A stretch of DNA of 64,000 nucleotides, from the NCBI GenBank assembly GCA_965203355.1, contig OZ241889.1:640001-704000 (forward strand), written 5' to 3'. Below, in pieces: positions 61,748 to 64,000 of this stretch. Each line of letters opens with the position of its first letter. Position 1 is the first letter of the stretch. This stretch comes from Candidatus Latescibacterota bacterium. Lineage in GTDB: Bacteria > Latescibacterota > UBA2968 > UBA8231. Under the pieces are notes generated by a model. It had not been told where the DNA came from. It saw only the letters and a program-made list of their open reading frames with translations, and searched no databases. Both the position numbers and the translations under genes were made by a program.

Positions 61748-61798
61748 TTGCGGTCCCTTTGAATTGTTTTCAACCATCTTCTCTGTCAAAGATACGCA

Positions 61799-61883
61799 CA
61801 CACTTGTAAGTGTGCAAGACTCCATTGTCACTTTCTTTGGGTGTGTTTTTTCGCTTGACAACACAATCTAGCGTGTGTATTTT
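61799..61883 (+). promoter_or_regulatory. sigma70 promoter (TTGACA 61855, N17, TATTTT 61878) with CACA-N8-TGTG operator-like palindromes
   Basis: CACACTTGTAAGTGTG at 61799-61814; CACAATCTAGCGTGTG at 61862-61877 fills the promoter spacer; half-site GTGTG ends at 61845. Confidence 0.6.
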
Positions 61884-61890
61884 TGTTTTT

Positions 61891-62093
61891 GAGTAGAGTG
61901 TGGCGGTCCGCCAGCGTGGATAAAGTCTTGATACGCGAAGCTCGGATTTCCCTTTTCGGGCCGTTGAGATCTTCAAAACTACCTCCCCACACCGCCTCGT
62001 TTGAGGATCTCACTTGTGTTTCAAGATTACACCTGTTCGGCCGCCATACTCTTTATCTTATAAGCAGCCCATTTTTAGATGGGCTGCTTTTTT
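61891..62093 (+). ncRNA. candidate structured small RNA (~200 nt; 6S-like rod or novel)
   Basis: Bounded by a promoter and an intrinsic terminator. Pairings: 61895-61908 with 62039-62052, TCTTGA/TCAAGA, 13-bp stem 61965-61977 with 62000-62012, side hairpin 61940-61961. Confidence 0.6.
62062..62093 (+). terminator. intrinsic terminator
   Basis: AAGCAGCCCAT-loop-ATGGGCTGCTT followed by a T run. Confidence 0.85.
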
Positions 62094-62127
62094 ATTTTTA
62101 GCCTTTACGCCAAATCCTTAATACGCC

Positions 62128-63243
62128 ATGCACATTTGTATGGTCGCCTTCACCGACCTTAATTTCGACTACCGCATCTACCGAGAGGCTACCTCGCTGC
62201 GTCGCGCCGGTCACCAAGTCGTTATTGTCACCTCCTCTTTCAACTCAGCCCCTCTCAAGGGATGGGACGATTTTGAAATCTACCCAATTCCGCTAGACCG
62301 GAGCCACTCGCTGCGTCGCCTCTATCCTTTGTTTTGGCAACGGGCCTACTCTCTTCTCGTCGAGGCCCAGCCGGACGCCTATCACGCCCACGACTTAGAT
62401 TCGCTCTGGCCAGCAGTGCGAGCTGCCCAGCGACTAGCTCGGCCCCTCGTCTATGACGCACATGAATTTTGGACCGAGCAGTCTTCACTGGTCAGCCGAC
62501 CGCTGATGCGGTCCTGCTGGCGTTTGCTGGAGCAGCGGCTGATAAGACGGGTAGATCGCGTCATAACTGTCAGCGGGTCTATCGCCCAATCGCTCATGGA
62601 GCGTTACTGCCTTGACGAGGTCGTCGTTCTGCGCAACTTGCCGCTATTCCGCGATAAGGTCCAAAGCAACCTGATACGCGAAACGCTGGACTTGCCCGAC
62701 GATCTCCCCGTTGTTCTCTACCAAGGAGGATTTCTCACCGAAAACGGCTTGCGCGAGCAAATTGAGGTCGCCGAGGGGCTTGCCGCCGCCCTAGTTCTCA
62801 TTGGGGATGGGCCAAGTGAACAGGCTCTGCGGAACCAAGTTCACGCTACGGGCTTAGAGGACCGGGTCTATTTTATTCCTCGGGTGCCCTTCTACCAACT
62901 TCACAATTACACTTGCTCGGCCGACTTGGGGCTGTGTCTGATCAAAGGCACGGGCAAGAGCTTCTACTACTCTCTGCCCAACAAGCTTTTCGAATACATG
63001 ATGGCCGGGCTACCGGTCTTAGCCAGCAACTTTCCTGAAATGGAGCGCATCGTCCGCGAAACGCATACCGGAGCCACGGTCGATCCAACCAATATAGCAG
63101 CCATTCGAGAGCAAATAGCCGCTTTTTTGGACAGTGCAGCGAAGCGAGAGGAGTGCGCCAAAGCGAGCTTGCAGGCGGCACGACACTATAACTGGGAACG
63201 AGAAGCCGCTCAACTCATCCAGCTTTACGAAACCTTAGCATGA
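62128..63243 (+). CDS. glycosyltransferase family 4
   Basis: YHAHD, VYDAHE, YQGG, IGDGP, LPNKLFEYMMAGLPV. Confidence 0.92.
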   Translation: MHICMVAFTDLNFDYRIYREATSLRRAGHQVVIVTSSFNSAPLKGWDDFEIYPIPLDRSHSLRRLYPLFWQRAYSLLVEAQPDAYHAHDLDSLWPAVRAAQRLARPLVYDAHEFWTEQSSLVSRPLMRSCWRLLEQRLIRRVDRVITVSGSIAQSLMERYCLDEVVVLRNLPLFRDKVQSNLIRETLDLPDDLPVVLYQGGFLTENGLREQIEVAEGLAAALVLIGDGPSEQALRNQVHATGLEDRVYFIPRVPFYQLHNYTCSADLGLCLIKGTGKSFYYSLPNKLFEYMMAGLPVLASNFPEMERIVRETHTGATVDPTNIAAIREQIAAFLDSAAKREECAKASLQAARHYNWEREAAQLIQLYETLA

Positions 63244-64000
63244 ATGCCCCGCTGACGCTTAGCGTCGTAATACCTACTTATGACGAGCCTGAGCGCCTCG
63301 AAGCAGCACTCAAGAGCCTGTCGCAGCAGGATTACCCCCACGAAGCGACCCAAATTATCGTAGTGGACGATGCCTCCCCCCATTTGGACGCCGAGCGGCT
63401 ACATGCGGCGGGCGCGCCTCTACAGTTGCAGCTACTCCGCAACGAACAGAATCAGGGACGCGCTCGGGCGCGCAACACAGCCCTGCGGGTCGCCAGCGGC
63501 GATATCGTCGTCTTTCTCGACAGCGATATGACCGTCGGTGCCAATTTTCTCCGCGCCCATGCCCAACGGCATCAAAACCACGCGGAAGCCGTTTTTGTCG
63601 GCAACATCCGCTTCGCCCGTGAGATTCCCGCTACATCCCTGACTCGCTATCTCGAAGAGAGAGGGGTCCATCGGGTTGATGCGGATAAGACCATACCTTT
63701 CAAGTGCTTCGTCACTGGCAACTCCTCGGTGCGTCGGTCTTCCCTGATCCGCGTAGGGTTTTTCGACGAGGACCTCACGGCTTATGGCGGCGAAGATCTA
63801 GAATTAGGGTATCGCCTACACTTGGCCGGTATTCCGCTTTACTATGCCCCTGAAGCTCTGTCGCACCACAATCACTTGCGTTCGTTGGAGCCGCTCTGCC
63901 ACCTAATGCAGATCTACGGCAGCAAGTCAATCCCGGTCCTCTTAAAAAAGCATCCCGAGCTTGACGCCGTACTCCGGTTGGACTTTATCAGAGCCGCTGC
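63240..64000 (+). CDS. glycosyltransferase family 2 (partial, runs off the window)
   Basis: Manual translation: MNAPLTLSVVIPTYD..IIVVDDAS..ARARN..VFLDSD..GFFDED..YGGEDLELGYRL. Confidence 0.9.
   Translation, partial: MNAPLTLSVVIPTYDEPERLEAALKSLSQQDYPHEATQIIVVDDASPHLDAERLHAAGAPLQLQLLRNEQNQGRARARNTALRVASGDIVVFLDSDMTVGANFLRAHAQRHQNHAEAVFVGNIRFAREIPATSLTRYLEERGVHRVDADKTIPFKCFVTGNSSVRRSSLIRVGFFDEDLTAYGGEDLELGYRLHLAGIPLYYAPEALSHHNHLRSLEPLCHLMQIYGSKSIPVLLKKHPELDAVLRLDFIRAA

Overview
A 64-kb bacterial chromosome segment that contains the replication origin. The right half is core genome: gyrA-gyrB-DUF721(dciA)-recF-dnaN-[oriC]-dnaA on the - strand, divergent from rpmH-rnpA-yidD-yidC-mnmE-[2 parS]-rsmG on the + strand. 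These are followed by a pgsA-like gene, tmk, an S41 protease, two DUF151-UVR nucleases, an XRE regulator, a candidate structured ncRNA and two glycosyltransferases. Three tRNAs (Ser-TGA, Ser-GCT, Gln-CTG) lie downstream of gyrA. The left ~41 kb is GC-rich accessory DNA: 3 sulfatases, sugar-acid dehydratases/epimerases, two ABC systems, copper chaperones, a squalene-synthase-like enzyme, a PQQ-dehydrogenase-ankyrin fusion and several secreted proteins with FlgD-Ig/T9SS-like C-termini. This content suggests, by inference only, an FCB-group organism such as Ca. Latescibacterota, possibly host- or sponge-associated. The most striking unexplained structure is the locus of a ~1900-aa surface protein. 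It is followed by a 150-bp-period array of spare, diverged C-terminal tails, each with its own terminator. It carries low-GC internal segments and is preceded by a C13-containing leader ORF that stops 2 nt before its start codon. Also unexplained are a promoter- and terminator-bounded ~200-nt Y-shaped RNA with an anti-SD loop, divergent from an XRE gene with phased operators, and an identical 39-bp ECF-type promoter in front of two exported proteins. No CRISPR array, integrase or transposase was seen.
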